Part shown: positions 51,752 through 64,000 of the stretch, in pieces
Numbering within the stretch: the stretch's first letter is position 1
How the letters are laid out: every line of letters starts with the position of its first letter
NCBI GenBank assembly: GCA_004022145.1
Contig: RCNU01000005.1
DNA from: Paecilomyces variotii
Taxonomy: Eukaryota
Length of the DNA: 64,000 bases
Reading direction: 5' to 3' (one strand)
Position numbers and translations under genes: made by a program
The notes under the pieces: generated by a model
The model's input: the letters and a program-made list of their open reading frames with translations, nothing else
The model's database searches: none
What the model was told of the DNA's origin: nothing

Positions 51752-53152
51752 TACTCTTTGACTTTTTTCTCCCCCTTCATGTTCTAAACCGTCTTCTGCT
51801 GTTCGCTTTTCTTTCCTCCCCGGCCCAGATTCGGAACGGATCCTGATTGATTGATTGCTTGCGCCGGCCCAGCCGTCTAGTCTAAATCTTCTAGTCTACC
51901 TAATCCTCTAGTCTAGGGCCAACCCGAAAAAAAGCCATCCCTCTCTGTGATGATAACGCACCGGCTGTGAACGGTTACTACTTGGCCATCCTTTCCAGTC
52001 GCTCCCAGCTCTCGGCTTTTCTCTTCATCTTGCTCGGTTCACGGACCAGGCGCAACTCACGGCTACGGAAAATACGGTCGTTTTCAAGCGTTGGGTAAGT
52101 TACAAACCAATTTTTTTTTTCTTTCTTTCTTCTCGTTAAACCTCTTTCGCCTCTTGCCTCCCGGAGTTACGATCGTCGAACTCTCTCCGTCTCTCTCGCT
52201 CTCACTCTCAACTCTCACTCTCAGTCTAACCAAAAGTCCCCCCGAGTCCGTCTTCCCTCCTGTCACGTCTTCGACGACTCTTTTCTCTCCTCCCCTCGAA
52301 ATCTTAACGCCACCCTCTCTCCCCTGTCGTCCCGAGACGGTGGTCCCCCGTTTGCCTTTTCCTTTTTTTTCCTCTTCTTCTTTCTCTTAACTCTTTTTCG
52401 CTTTCCCCCCCCCTTCTTCTTCTTCTCCTTCACACATCAGACCCGCCTCGTCCTCGCATTCAGGTTTAACCACGTCGTTGTTCAAGCCTCCCGCCGTCGT
52501 TTAGATCCTGGCCACACTCGGGCCAGTCTCGCGCGTCCATTGACGCGAAGCAAAGCCGGCTAACTAACAATTCATCTCCAGCACCGCTGGTTGTCAGACC
52601 CACTCAACGCCGCTTCTGTGGTGGATACAAGAACCATTGACTCTTTTTGACAACGTGCGGATAAAAAAGACTGTTCCCACACAACTCGCTTCTCAGGTGG
52701 ATGACCGTGGGGAATTCCGATTAAGCATCTTTACCTCAGCTTACCCTCTGCACCGGTGGAGTCAGATCTGATCCTCCCTCTCCATCGTTCTTTTCGACTA
52801 CTAGCCATCGACCGTCTCCAGTCTCCTCCCACTTTCGGTTGTTGTTGCCCCTACCCCGTGTCAGACGCGCCTTGTTACCCATCGCGCATCAGCCTTCAGG
52901 TACGTTTTTCCTTTGGATGTTCGGACACCGGTGGAGCCAAGGCCTTTTTGAGTTGACTCGTGTATCTTGCAGACATTGAGGAGTAACCCTTGAGAGATTC
53001 AAGGACGAAAGAAAAAAAAAAAGAAGAGAAAGGGAAAAAAAAAAGAAGAAGAAAAAAGATCGAAGAGAAAAGGATCCTACGATCAATGAGCGCGGTAGTG
53101 TGAACATCACTTGGTTCGAAACTATCTCTGCACTCTCCTCCCTATCTCCACG

Positions 53153-54899
53153 ATGGATCCCAGATCTCACCCTTCGCGGCCTCCGTCGACTTCCCTCCCG
53201 CAGGGTTCGACTCCTCTGTCGAGTATGCCAATGCCTCAGTACCAGATGCAGCCTCAGTATCCTGTGTCGCAGGCACACACTCTGCCTCCTCTGCAGCCGC
53301 ATCACAGTCAGTCGCCGGCGCCTCACTACATGGGCCAGCCGTATCGCCCTGACATGTCGCGCTATCCCACAACGACCGCTCATGAAATGTACGCGTCTTC
53401 TACGGCGCCCATGCCACCGCATACCACGGTGGGCAGCCTGCCTCCATCGTCGTTCCTCACGCATTCGGCCCAGCACGCGCCTTCGCAGCAGCCGCAGCAG
53501 TACCACTCCCCCCATCTGCTGCCCCCAGCGTCCAGCGCCCAGAGCTACCCTCAGCCCATTGCACCCGCACCTCCGCGTGACCGCCGACCGGACTTTGCCT
53601 CTGTGCCGTCCGGTGCGTTCAGCTATCCCGATGGCAAGGCCCCCGTTTGGGCGAGCCCGGACATGACGGGAGCAAATGGTGCCGCTTCCTATGGAAAGGA
53701 GCCGCCACGCACTCAGGTTGTCGGATCTCAGGGAAGGAGAGGCATCCTCCCGAGCGTCCCGGGTCGGGCGGCGGTTGGCAATGGTGTCAACGGTACTACC
53801 AAGAACACCACCATTCCTGCAAAGGATGCGGATGGAAAGTTCCCCTGTCCTCACTGTAACAAGACCTATCTGCACGCGAAGCACCTTAAGCGTCATCTCC
53901 TCAGACGTGAGTTGATCCCCCGTTCCTGTCTCTTTTTCCCCTTGTTGCTTTCTTCGAGTGAACATGTATACTGACGTGCATCACTTACCTTGGTAGACAC
54001 CGGTGACCGGCCTTACATGTGCGTTCTCTGCAAGGACACGTTCTCTAGATCCGACATCTTGAAGCGCCACTTCCAGAAGTGCTCTCTCCGACGAGGTAAC
54101 CCGACGGGTGCGAGCCATTTGTCGCACCCCCAGGCACACCTGAAGAGGTCACAAGCAGCGGCGAATGCTGCCAAACCTGTTCAGGACGAAGTCAGTAACT
54201 CCATCCCGCCTTCCAATGGCTTAGTGGGTACGACTTTCGGCGAGGGGGCCGTGAACGGTAATGGGCTGGCCTCCAGCCGGCCCGGGTTCACGGAGCAGCA
54301 GCCTCTGGGATTTTCGATGTCCTCTGTCAATGGGATGAACCGTGGTCATACGGACAACGCGTACTCCCCTGGGCAGGCGCATCAAAGAGCCTCTTGGATG
54401 GCTGCACCCAAGCAGAACCCGTACCTCGTCCAGCCTGGTAATGATGCACATGGCCACCAACTGAATGTTGACCTTCCTCCCATTGAACAGGCTAAACCTC
54501 CGGTTGTTCACCAAGACCCCAAGCGTCCAGTCATGCCAGGACAGCACCCGAACCACCCCGGCGAGATTGACTGGACCACGATGTTTCAACCCGGAGCTCA
54601 CGATGGTTACATCAACACGGTGTTCCCTCAGTCTATGGCGCCAACCCACGAACCGATAAATGCGCAGGTCAATGCACATGTCGATGCCGAAAGGAAGTAC
54701 TACCCCGCTACGACTGCAGGACATCAGGAGGGCGGATTGAATGGTCTTTACCTGGCGTCGACCACGTTGGGCGGTGATGGTACGTTCTGTCCTACTACTC
54801 CGGGTGTAAGAGAAGTTGTTAGCAGGTAGCGGTGGACTGACGGATTTGGTTTTTTTCTCTCTTGTTTTCACAGGCACTGTCCAGCCTGCAAGACAATAA
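53153..54899 (+). CDS. nsdC: C2H2 zinc-finger transcription factor, NsdC/RfeC type; 3 coding exons
   Basis: Pro/Gln-rich N-terminus; KFPCPHCNKTYLHAKHLKRHLLRHTGDRPYMCVLCKDTFSRSDILKRHFQKC across intron ~53908-53996; final intron ~54781-54873 then GTVQPARQ*. The symbol rests on recall of the finger sequence, not a search. Confidence 0.78.
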
Positions 54900-57139
54900 A
54901 GCTACAGCTGAAAGAAAGGAATTGTCCGATGGCCGATTTGTGAGATGTTATCGCCCTTGATTTCAATTTTAGAAAAGTCATGGTCACTTTGGCTATGCGT
55001 TGTTATGGGGTCGTTATTTCCGTTGGTCTGTTATGAGCTCGAGCCCAGTTTGGCCCAGAATCTTTGGGGGGGCCACCCATCGGCATACCATATGCTAGAC
55101 AAAAATGCTCGACTGGCCGGGATGACAAAACAAATTGCAATTGTCTCTTTTTGGCCGCATACATGATAAGTCTGTGGCTGTCAATGTGATGCCTCTTGCA
55201 GAATCAACGGACGGATCGGCTTCTTCAAAATCCTTTCTGGCCGGCATTTCCTCTACAGCAAGTGTGGCGCGACGGCGATTTCAAATGTGTTTCTTTTTCG
55301 ATCTCTTCTTGAGGGGCAGATGGTGGGCAGGTGGTTTATCCGGCGTCAATACAATAGACTTGGGCATGTGTTTCGTGTGTTTCTCGTTTTCATGCACTCT
55401 CATTTCTCTTCATCTGGAAAAAGAATTCGAGGGCGGTCGATGTCATCATATCGGTTTGTTTTACGGTCCGTGTCAGAAAGGGAAGTCTCCGGATTGTGTT
55501 CGCATCACGTTTACGGCCGTCAAATCAGCATTTTCCAATCAGTCAGTCAGTCAGTCATGTAACTAGCCTACCTCCTCTACGCGGACATATTCCTGTGTTC
55601 TGGTTGGAGAGTGGGTTGGTCGATCCGCTGCCTTGTTTACTTGCTCCACTTTGTTTCTGTTCCGCCAACTGCTGCTCTATGCGACCGAGTCGAATAGCTG
55701 GTGTCTGGTTTTGTGGTCCAGTCCTTCGCATCGCCTCTCGTGTATACTGCATGTTTTCTTCGACATCATTTCGGTTGGTGCCTTGGGAGTCTGGCTTTTG
55801 ATAAGCGGGACGAGTCATGTCGCCGCTTGGAATGTGTTCGGGAAAGGAAAGAAACAAAAGCAACTTGCCAATCGATTTTTCAAAATAAAGCGCAACGATT
55901 ACGCTTTGACGGAAAGAGAAAAAAAAAACAACATACAAAATGGCAAAAGCAAGTCTAGAATCGCAATGGACCCGCCGACCAAATACTCCCAGACACGGAA
56001 GGAAAGAGGGAAACGAAAAGGAAAAACGACAAAAAGAAAGCTAAAAAAAAAAGATAAAAGAGAGAATTCATCGGGCAAGACTCTTGTGTACTGTTCACTC
56101 CTGTCATCAATACATGGTTTGATCTGCATTGCGGAGCTACCCACTGCTTTTGTCAGTGGTAAAATGTTTTAGAGTTAACACCGAGTACTTGTTTCGCGTC
56201 ATCAATGGCTGTTGCATGCATTTGTTAGAGATCTCTCTTATCTGTGTCTTGAGTTTTATGTTCTTATCATATGTTGGGAAAGAAGAGTACCGGTTAAACA
56301 AATGGAGAAATTCTTCAATAAGTCGTCTTGCTTCGCAGGAAGCGTATATTCCAGTTGTAGAAGCGACCCGTCCGAGATCTGTAGCCTAAACAATATTTGT
56401 CCTATGGAGTACTCCTGTATGCGATCTTGCACCGCAAGCTCAGATACATCACCCCGCGCATCTTATCTCCAAGACTAACTAATAATATGTAATACATCAT
56501 TGGGCCCCATCTTAGGTAGTTAGTTATCCAAACACTCTAATAATATCTCCCTACAAGTCCCATAAAAAAAATAAGCAAAAAGGGTCTCGGCATCCCCACA
56601 ACATGGGGCCTGCCAAAAAAATAAAAAAGAGACTATTAACCCCTGAACCTTAGACGTGGTAAGGTTGCGGGATCAACTCCACCAGCGAGACCCATTTTGG
56701 CACCAGACTGTCGGATTCGGATCTCGCGTTGCGGAGAACTATGTACCTTTCCCCCCTGAATCAGTGACAGTGTGAGTTTGGTTCGGTGGATGAAAAGGTA
56801 AGGTTATTTATGCTCAAGCTCAAACTTACCCAGAGAGAGAGAGAGAAAAAGTTAGGTTTGGATTTCCGGACCATGATCCAGAGGTAGTTGGGAATGGTAT
56901 GCGGGGGTTTAGTCCGGGGGGGGGGGGGGGGGGGAGGAAGGACAGGGAAGTTTAACTTGTATTTGAGAAAGGTTTTCGATTAGGTTTACTGAAGTATCGG
57001 GATAGATGGGATAGGATGGGTCTTGAGGTAAGTAGTTTAATTTAAGGTGATTCTGTTTTTTTGCTTCGTGTGATACTTACTCTTACTACTTGCATGTATG
57101 TATGTATGTATGTAGATACTGCGTTGGAATAGAATAGAA

Positions 57140-57174
<35 letters not shown>

Positions 57175-57180
57175 GGGGGG
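57140..57180 (+). repeat. Poly(G) tract (a second G run lies at 56916-56934)
   Basis: About 34 consecutive G, then A and 6 more G. Confidence 0.9.
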
Positions 57181-57573
57181 AGGGCCCGATAACTAGGGAT
57201 TATCTGAAGAGAAGCGAAGAGTAATCTTTGACTATCTAGGTAGTCTTCTGTATCTACAGAGTGCAGACTAACTAACTTACTGAACTGTACTGCTATAATA
57301 ATAACTATGGTAGTTACGTATGTTACTTGCATCGGTTGATCTTGTCTCTCTGTTTACTTCCTTTCTATCTATCTATATATCTATCTATCTATGTATCTAC
57401 TATAAGTGAACTAGCGAAAAGCCATAGTTAGGTTTAGGTTCTTGCTATAGATAGAGTACGATGGAATGGAAGCTTGAGAAACGTAACTCTGATAGCTAGG
57501 TTACAAGAAATGAAGCGTTTCTAGGGGCTTTAAGAGGACGGTCAATTGATGGATTATGTCAAGATATGGAGTC

Positions 57574-57598
57574 GTGTGTGTGTGTGTGTGTGTGTGTG
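57574..57598 (+). repeat. (GT)n microsatellite
   Basis: gtgtgtgt... run. Confidence 0.9.
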
Positions 57599-58257
57599 GT
57601 CGGATCTTGAGTAATTAGGTACATAGTTGATAACTGCTTATTTTAATATCTCGCTATCTCTCTCTCTCCCGAACAGTTCCCTTCCTTCCTTCCTTCCTGT
57701 CGGATCTTGTCTCAAAGATGGCGGTTATTAGATGATGATACGCATCTATTTACCATCCATCTACTCATCCAGCCGTATGCGGGGGGAAAGTAAGAATAAA
57801 GCCTACTAACTATGTATATACGTTACATACACATGTTGTAGTTATAACCCGGCGACGATCCGGATCTTGTATACGTCAATCAATCAATCATATAAGGAAC
57901 GTACTGTATGTTATGTATATGTTTAATCCATCGAGCATCGTCATCGAGCCGGGGGTGGGTGGGGGGGATTTGATCCGATTTTTAATTTCTTGGGGTCCAG
58001 TCTTTCTATCGATTTTTAGATTTAGCTCTTGTGGAGATCATGTAGTTGACTAATCTTGCGTTTTTTTTTTTTTTTTCTTTTCCCTCCATATTCGAGAAGT
58101 TTAAGATTAAGAAATAAGAATAAGAAAAGAAGATTGTTATTCTTCAGGGTGAAAGAGAGAGGCAGATATGCGTGATTTTTTTCCCTGCTCTGAGATATAT
58201 CTCGATATACGAACTATCCATCTATCTCTTAATATCCCAGAGGACGAGGAGAGGAAA

Positions 58258-58314
58258 GAAGAAGAAGAAGAAGAAGAAGAAGAAGAAGAAGAAGAAGAAG
58301 AAGAAGAAGAAGAA
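58258..58314 (+). repeat. (GAA)n trinucleotide repeat, about 19 copies
   Basis: Perfect tandem array. Confidence 0.95.
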
Positions 58315-59307
58315 CATACAAGCGACTATATCCATCATCTTAAAAGGGGGTATTTACTACACAACACAAAGTTTAATATATCCCCGTTAAAACAAAAAGA
58401 GGAATTATCTAAATAAACAAGCACCTCGAAAGGTCCACTCGAGTTCATTGAATGAGAACGAGAGCTGCAGTATATATATACTGATAGTTTAAGTAGAAGT
58501 ACTATAAGTTACCTATGCTCGGGGGCGGTGGCTTATGTATAGAATAAGGAATTCACGCGATGTAGTAGTAGCAGCGGCTAATGTTGCGGATTGATTTAGT
58601 CGGGAGGTTGATATATGGGCTGAATGCTAACTAATGGGGGGCATACAAAATGGATGGTTATCGCTGGGTGAAATGTAGTTTTTAGATATGCGTTGAAAGT
58701 TTCTCGTCTTCTGGCGCGGTAACTTGATTTTTAGGGGGCGGTTTTTGTATTTGAGATATGGTTTTGTATATTCAAGACTAACTTATGTGGACCGGGTTAC
58801 TTCTTTGAATAGTTATGCTGCAGGTCAGTGGATAGTCCAATAGGAATGCAATATAGTATTCAGATGAACTGCAAAGCATGTTGATGCTACTGATCGATGC
58901 TACAGACTAGAACGGCATGTGTGTAAATGCTTGTCACAAGCTTTTTTCTATTCGTTGTAGTCATTAATCGTACTGATCTAGGGACACCTGCTTGGAGGAC
59001 GGAAGATAGTTCCCATATTGTCCCTTGGCTACCCGTGCCCTGCTGGTCGTGCCACTTCTAATTCCCGGCTCTCTCGGAGAGTCCTGTGTCCTTGTATGTT
59101 CTCGCTCTCCTCGCCACCCAGTCTAGAGGCACCTGTCTAAAAGAGAGGGAAGACATGGTCCTCCGTAAAATGAAAACCCAGATCAGAAAGTACAGTCACA
59201 TATCCCGATAAGAGTCTTATCCGGTCTTTTCTCTGAAATCACGCCGTAAAACGCCTTAGTGCATAATTATCACAGTGTGCAAATGAGTCAAAGTCCACTC
59301 GTCGCCG

Positions 59308-59979
59308 TTATAGACTCAGCTGGTCGACGCTCCCTACCCTGCCGCGCCCGCCTAGTCGACCACCCCCTTTCGTTACCATCCCGAGTCGATAGAAGCGTTC
59401 TTCGCCAGCAGCTGTCCGCCCGCCAATATACCACTTTTCTGTCCCGAGAGCATCCCGGAACCCGCCTGAGCCGCTGGAACTGTCACTTCCCCGGCGATTA
59501 CGTTCGCCAGGGTAAGTAATAGGGATAGGTGTCGATGTTGATGGAGATGAAGATGCAGGCGAGAGTGGAGTAGACGCTGAAGCTGGGGAAGCCTCTTGGG
59601 GGCTGAGCGGTGTGCGCGTATGCGAATGAGGCCGCGACGGATTAGCGGAGTGATGATGATAGTGGTGACTGGAGGCTGCTTGAACGGCTGCTGTGGTGGA
59701 GGTAGACGATGGTTGGGTCGAAGCGGTCTGCGTAGTTGCAGCGGCGGATGACGACCCTGTGTTGGTCTTGGTCGCTATCGTGCGTGCACTCGACGATATC
59801 TGAGAGGAAGGTAGGGAGGACGCTCCGCTGGCGGCTTGCGATCCGGCTGTCGACGTCTTGTAGGCTGACTGTGCTCGAAAGGCGGCCAGGAAGTTCGATA
59901 GGAAGGGTCGATTGGTGGACATGATGATGTTTGTGAGAGAAGGAGGGCTTCCAGACTGCGAACTCGATGGAGCAGACAT
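59308..59979 (-). CDS. Ser/Thr-rich hypothetical protein
   Basis: Single-exon ORF; ordered-looking ends (RPFLSNFLAAFRAQS; RRGSDSSSGSGGFRDALGTEKWYIGGRTAAGEERFYRLGMV...SVDQLSL) flank a low-complexity linker. Confidence 0.72.
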   Translation of the reverse strand: MSAPSSSQSGSPPSLTNIIMSTNRPFLSNFLAAFRAQSAYKTSTAGSQAASGASSLPSSQISSSARTIATKTNTGSSSAAATTQTASTQPSSTSTTAAVQAASSHHYHHHSANPSRPHSHTRTPLSPQEASPASASTPLSPASSSPSTSTPIPITYPGERNRRGSDSSSGSGGFRDALGTEKWYIGGRTAAGEERFYRLGMVTKGGGRLGGRGRVGSVDQLSL

Positions 59980-62900
59980 GGGAAATGCTTCTAGAAGGCT
60001 GAACAACTGTCCGAAGTGATACCTTCCCTGTGATATAGGTTTTGAATCGTCTCCGGGACGATCGGAGGATGATACCTCAGTAGGACCTTGCGGGTGGAGA
60101 AGGCCAGTAAATGAGTTGAGTCTTCAGGAGTGATGGTGACGCTCGAGTCATGCAAGTGATTCGAAACAAATGCTCCCTGCCGGAGACTTCCGCGTAAAGA
60201 AGGTCGATTGATCAGGCAGCTTTTGAGGTCAAGAAAAGGTCATCAGTCAAGAGTGAAGTCTGGGGGAGGCGATAACGGTCGCCAATCAAGCGCTTGGCGT
60301 AACCAATCCGGGGAAGCAGTGATGGAAGCAAGACCGTGAGGTCTGCGGGCTTTTAAGGCACTTCAGTGCATCTGGGCCTGGACGACCGGGGACGTTTCAA
60401 ATGGGCAGACGGAAGATCGCCTGGAGAGAAGTACGGATTTGGTTGGACAAACGCTGGCCTGCGATGCGGGAGAGCCGCGGTTTCAGCCAGGCAGCGGATG
60501 GTGGCAATTGCGGAGAGCAGAGGAGAGGAGAGGAGAGGAGAGCAGTGGATGAGTTGTTTCTTGTCTGCGAGTTTCTGTCTGAGATGATCGATGGACGCAG
60601 ATGGCGCAGACGATGGACGATGATGGGGATGATGACGGTAAGGCTGGCTAGTTATTTCGTCCAACTCAGGGAATTCTCGGGTTCGCCTGGAGGGGTTCGA
60701 CTTGCTCCTCCACGCTTAACCGCCGGCCTCCACCACGCGATGCTCCAAATCCAATCATGCCGTCTGCTTTTATCATCCGGCCATGTCTATCTCGCTTCTC
60801 GCAGAGTCCATCGCCAACCCCGCGGTCCAGCCCAAGTGAGCCTCATGCCGTGGTGCAAGTACGTCTGTTCGCCATGAGGGGAAACCGGCTGGATGTTGTC
60901 CAGCAACAATGCGCTTCATGCCGCTGCTCTGTCCGTCTTCGAACGCCTACTTGCCGGATCCGAGTTCCTCTAGAGAAAATCCCGGATTCGCATCCATTAT
61001 TCTCCTCCTCACGGCACCCTGGAGAACAAGACATTGTCCGATTTTCTAGGCATGGTGATCGTCTCCCCGCATTGTACTTAGGACCATGACTCAATAATAA
61101 GGACTCGGGACAAGCCACCAGCGATTCAGCTTACCGGAAGGCCATAACCGCCGTTGCGTGACAGCAGCGGTGACGGCGATATATGTCCAATGGTATACCA
61201 GCTGAGATGTTATATTCGGTGTTCCCGACTACTTTTACCGTACTGTGGCCCCAGGGCCATAGCATGAGATGGAACAACGTACTAATCCGACACAAGAGTC
61301 ACCCGAATGCTGGATCCCATGCCAAACCCTGGATAGCTAGGCATTAATGTACATCTTGCGGTCATCCAAACGGTGAACAGATGGAGATGATCAGAGGAGG
61401 ATCGTCGGACATCATCCACTGCCATATCAGCCATTTTTCTGCATCGACCTTTTGTCTACTGTACGTAGTGTTTTTGACTCGCAAGTTTGCTCTAGATTTG
61501 GATATCACGCAACCACGAGACATTCAACGAGGGGTAAATACTTCGTACAGAGCTCCGGAGCCGCATAATTATATCAGAGTCTCTTCTAGCCGCCAAAGGA
61601 GACGCTGTGGGCTTAATCTGTACGGGTAATCAAAGGAGATACTCTGGTGACCTGCTCTTCATATACCAACACTCGTTCTTGGTGTCTGGAGTTCCTGATA
61701 TTGCACTGTATATACCGAAAGAGGCAATGGATATAAAAGGATGGTAGACACACGACAACCTGATACGAGCAGTAGCCCGGACACACAACATGTCTAGATA
61801 ATCATGTACAGATGCCATTTTCTAATAAACGACCGCAACCCAAGCATAAGTATAGATTCTTCCATATTCCTCCAATCCCATAATAGACGGGATGTCCCGG
61901 AGTCTTCTTTACATCCTCAAGCCCAACGGTCCAATAAGCTGAACTCGACAGGAAGTCCGTCGGCTACTCGCGGCTATATCATAGTCACAACCTGCCTCAC
62001 GAAAGACCGACGTCCATATTTGCTCAGCAACGGCTTGCAGGTCACGCAGTGCACCGCACATCCGCGGCCACGCGTCGGAATCATCTGGCAGCCAATCCAG
62101 GAAGCGAAACAAGACTATTTCCTCTCCACCTAATCATGCATAGATAATAAAGGGATAGAAAAAGACTATATCAGATTGCAACGAATGGACCGTATGCGGT
62201 AAAATACTCCGATTGAGGGATACTACCTTTCCGGCTCTAGTGGGCGCAGAAGAAGGTGGTAGTAAGATATATACATACTCTGGCTGTCAGCAGGTACAAA
62301 GCAGCTAGGAGAAAGTCCCTCAGTCGGCAGATCCTTGGTGCAGGGTGCCGTAGTAGTACTAAACTATATTACCAGATAGATGCCCGAGCACCGGCCACGC
62401 ACCGTTTCCGGTTTATCTTCGAAGAATCGGGTGCATCCTAGTCGACCTTGCAGGTTCGCCGGTGGGATTTGCTGGTCGTTTCGGATGAATGTCCGTTTGT
62501 ATATTCCGTAACCTGGGGTCGGATCTCGGCGAGGTGCAGTGCGGAGGGTGAAGCGGCTGGTGTTGTGTTTGGCTAATTCTATTATTCCTGATTTCTTCTT
62601 GAACTGTAATGGTTCGTATCTAGACGCTATATTTTAAAGGGAGTTTCTGGATTTGATAGCGATAATGTAAGCGCGTTGACCTGAAGTTGGGTTGTAGTTA
62701 TAGTACCTCCTCTGGTCGGTGTTGGTGATGGTCTTACTGTAGAGTCTTGGGTCTTGCGTGAGATCTGTTATTGATGTGATGATTATGATCGAAGGGAACG
62801 CTGTTGCTCCGTATTTATCTTATGGATTAATCGATGGAATCTACTGATTCGGATTTGAAGTAACTCCAAGAAGGCGAGTAGGATGCATATCAGAGGAGAT

Positions 62901-63121
62901 ATGTATAGAAAGCCCCCAGTGGCGCTACGACATATTATGATTTGGGAAATTTTGTGTTGTAAATCCAAGTCTAAGAAAAGGAATACGGTTCAACAGCCTC
63001 GAATCAAAAGTCATCCCAAGCTCGCAATTAAATTAGATACGGCTCGATAGGTAACCACAATCGAAGAGATAGAATTTGCATGCACATATGAAAGCTGGAA
63101 TGATCATCCCCACTCATAAAT

Positions 63122-64000
63122 TTACTCAGACACGACCTCCAATCCTAGGTACGGCAAGAGCTTGTCTCTGCCGAAATCCTCAAAGCCATGAAACTTCACT
63201 CCGAGAAGCTTGAACACGTTCTCATCGGGGATTCTCGCTCCTCTGTACATGTACCCGTGGTTGTACAGGCGGAACATGATGTCGCGATCCTGTACTCCAG
63301 TCGTTTGGAGGACTGTATATTTCACGTGCTTTCCGGAGACTGGAGTGTGTTAAATACGTCAGTACACTTTTGTTATAGTAGCAAGTGATATATGTATGAT
63401 GATGACAAAAGGATCGTGGGATAAGGGAAGAAACTAACGTTTCTCGATCGCCTCGGAGATTTCACTCTGTGCTATCCTTGTGTTCATGGCATATAGGTAT
63501 TTGTGATTTAGTTCTCCGTGTTTAGTATCCCATTGATCGAAGATGGCTTTGACGATTGCAGATAAATCTTTCTCGACGTAAAGCATAGCCACTATTTCGC
63601 TTGGGTTAGCATCTGAATCATGCATTGAGAAGATACAGTCTGTAAATACGTAAATCATACATCTTGTCTCTGGTAGCAATATGGGTTGCGTAAACTCAAT
63701 AATGTCTTGCTCCTTGTCATACTTCACGTGGTTTCTGTAGATGAGGTTCTCGTAGAACGTCCCCGTGTAGACGAATACTCCTGGGAGATTGATTTCGCGG
63801 ATATACTCGTCTACATGGTATTTTCCTAAGGAAAGAGTCAGCACGGAGTGATTCTATGAACATGTTAAGGATGTGATATGTGGTACTGTACCTTCATAGA
63901 TGCGCGAAACGAGTTTACCCTCGGACAGCTTTTCCGAACTAGGAAGTGTACTCCATACAAAACACTGCACGCCTGCGTCCAATGCGGCCTTTGCAAGATG
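63122..64000 (-). CDS. NmrA-like (atypical SDR) protein, C-terminal part; start lies beyond the window; multi-exon
   Basis: Spliced reading AKAALDAGVQCFVWSTLPSSEKLSEGKLVSRIYEGKYHVDEYIREINLPGVFVYTGTFYEN...; stop at 63122. Confidence 0.82.

Noticed and set aside
52889-53965. 358 aa minus-strand Arg-rich ORF over the C2H2 TF
   Set aside because: Antisense of a Pro/Ser-rich CDS and runs through poly-T sequence
58168-58416. Poly-E / poly-K ORFs
   Set aside because: Translations of the (GAA)n microsatellite

Overview
A 64 kb stretch of an intron-containing filamentous ascomycete genome, Eurotiales-like by protein sequence and intron signals; the species cannot be fixed from sequence alone. The first ~43 kb is gene-dense housekeeping DNA: POL1 (partial), an LRR/F-box-like protein, rad9, an ATS1-like RCC1 protein, a Pho84-like MFS transporter, an SDR, a SUR7/PalI protein, mpdA, a peroxisomal enoyl-CoA hydratase, ada2, ypk1/ypkA, sec27, complex I NDUFA5, an Eps1-like PDI, qcr10 and an amino-acid permease. 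A ~9-10 kb apparently non-coding stretch follows, then an NsdC/RfeC-type C2H2 regulator with an intron- and uORF-containing leader, a microsatellite-rich spacer, a Ser-rich hypothetical gene and a partial NmrA-like gene. No tRNA, rRNA, CRISPR array or recognisable transposase was seen. The most striking observation is an open, in-frame, ATG-initiated 137-codon extension upstream of the conserved ada2 start that carries five histone-H3-tail-like motifs (ARKQ, TARKD, PRKT, TARKT, APRKQ), a possible built-in histone mimic on the Gcn5 partner subunit. Also notable are long stems in the three long qcr10 introns and several regulatory motif clusters. All gene calls come from manual reading and family recognition, not database searches; exon boundaries are inferred.
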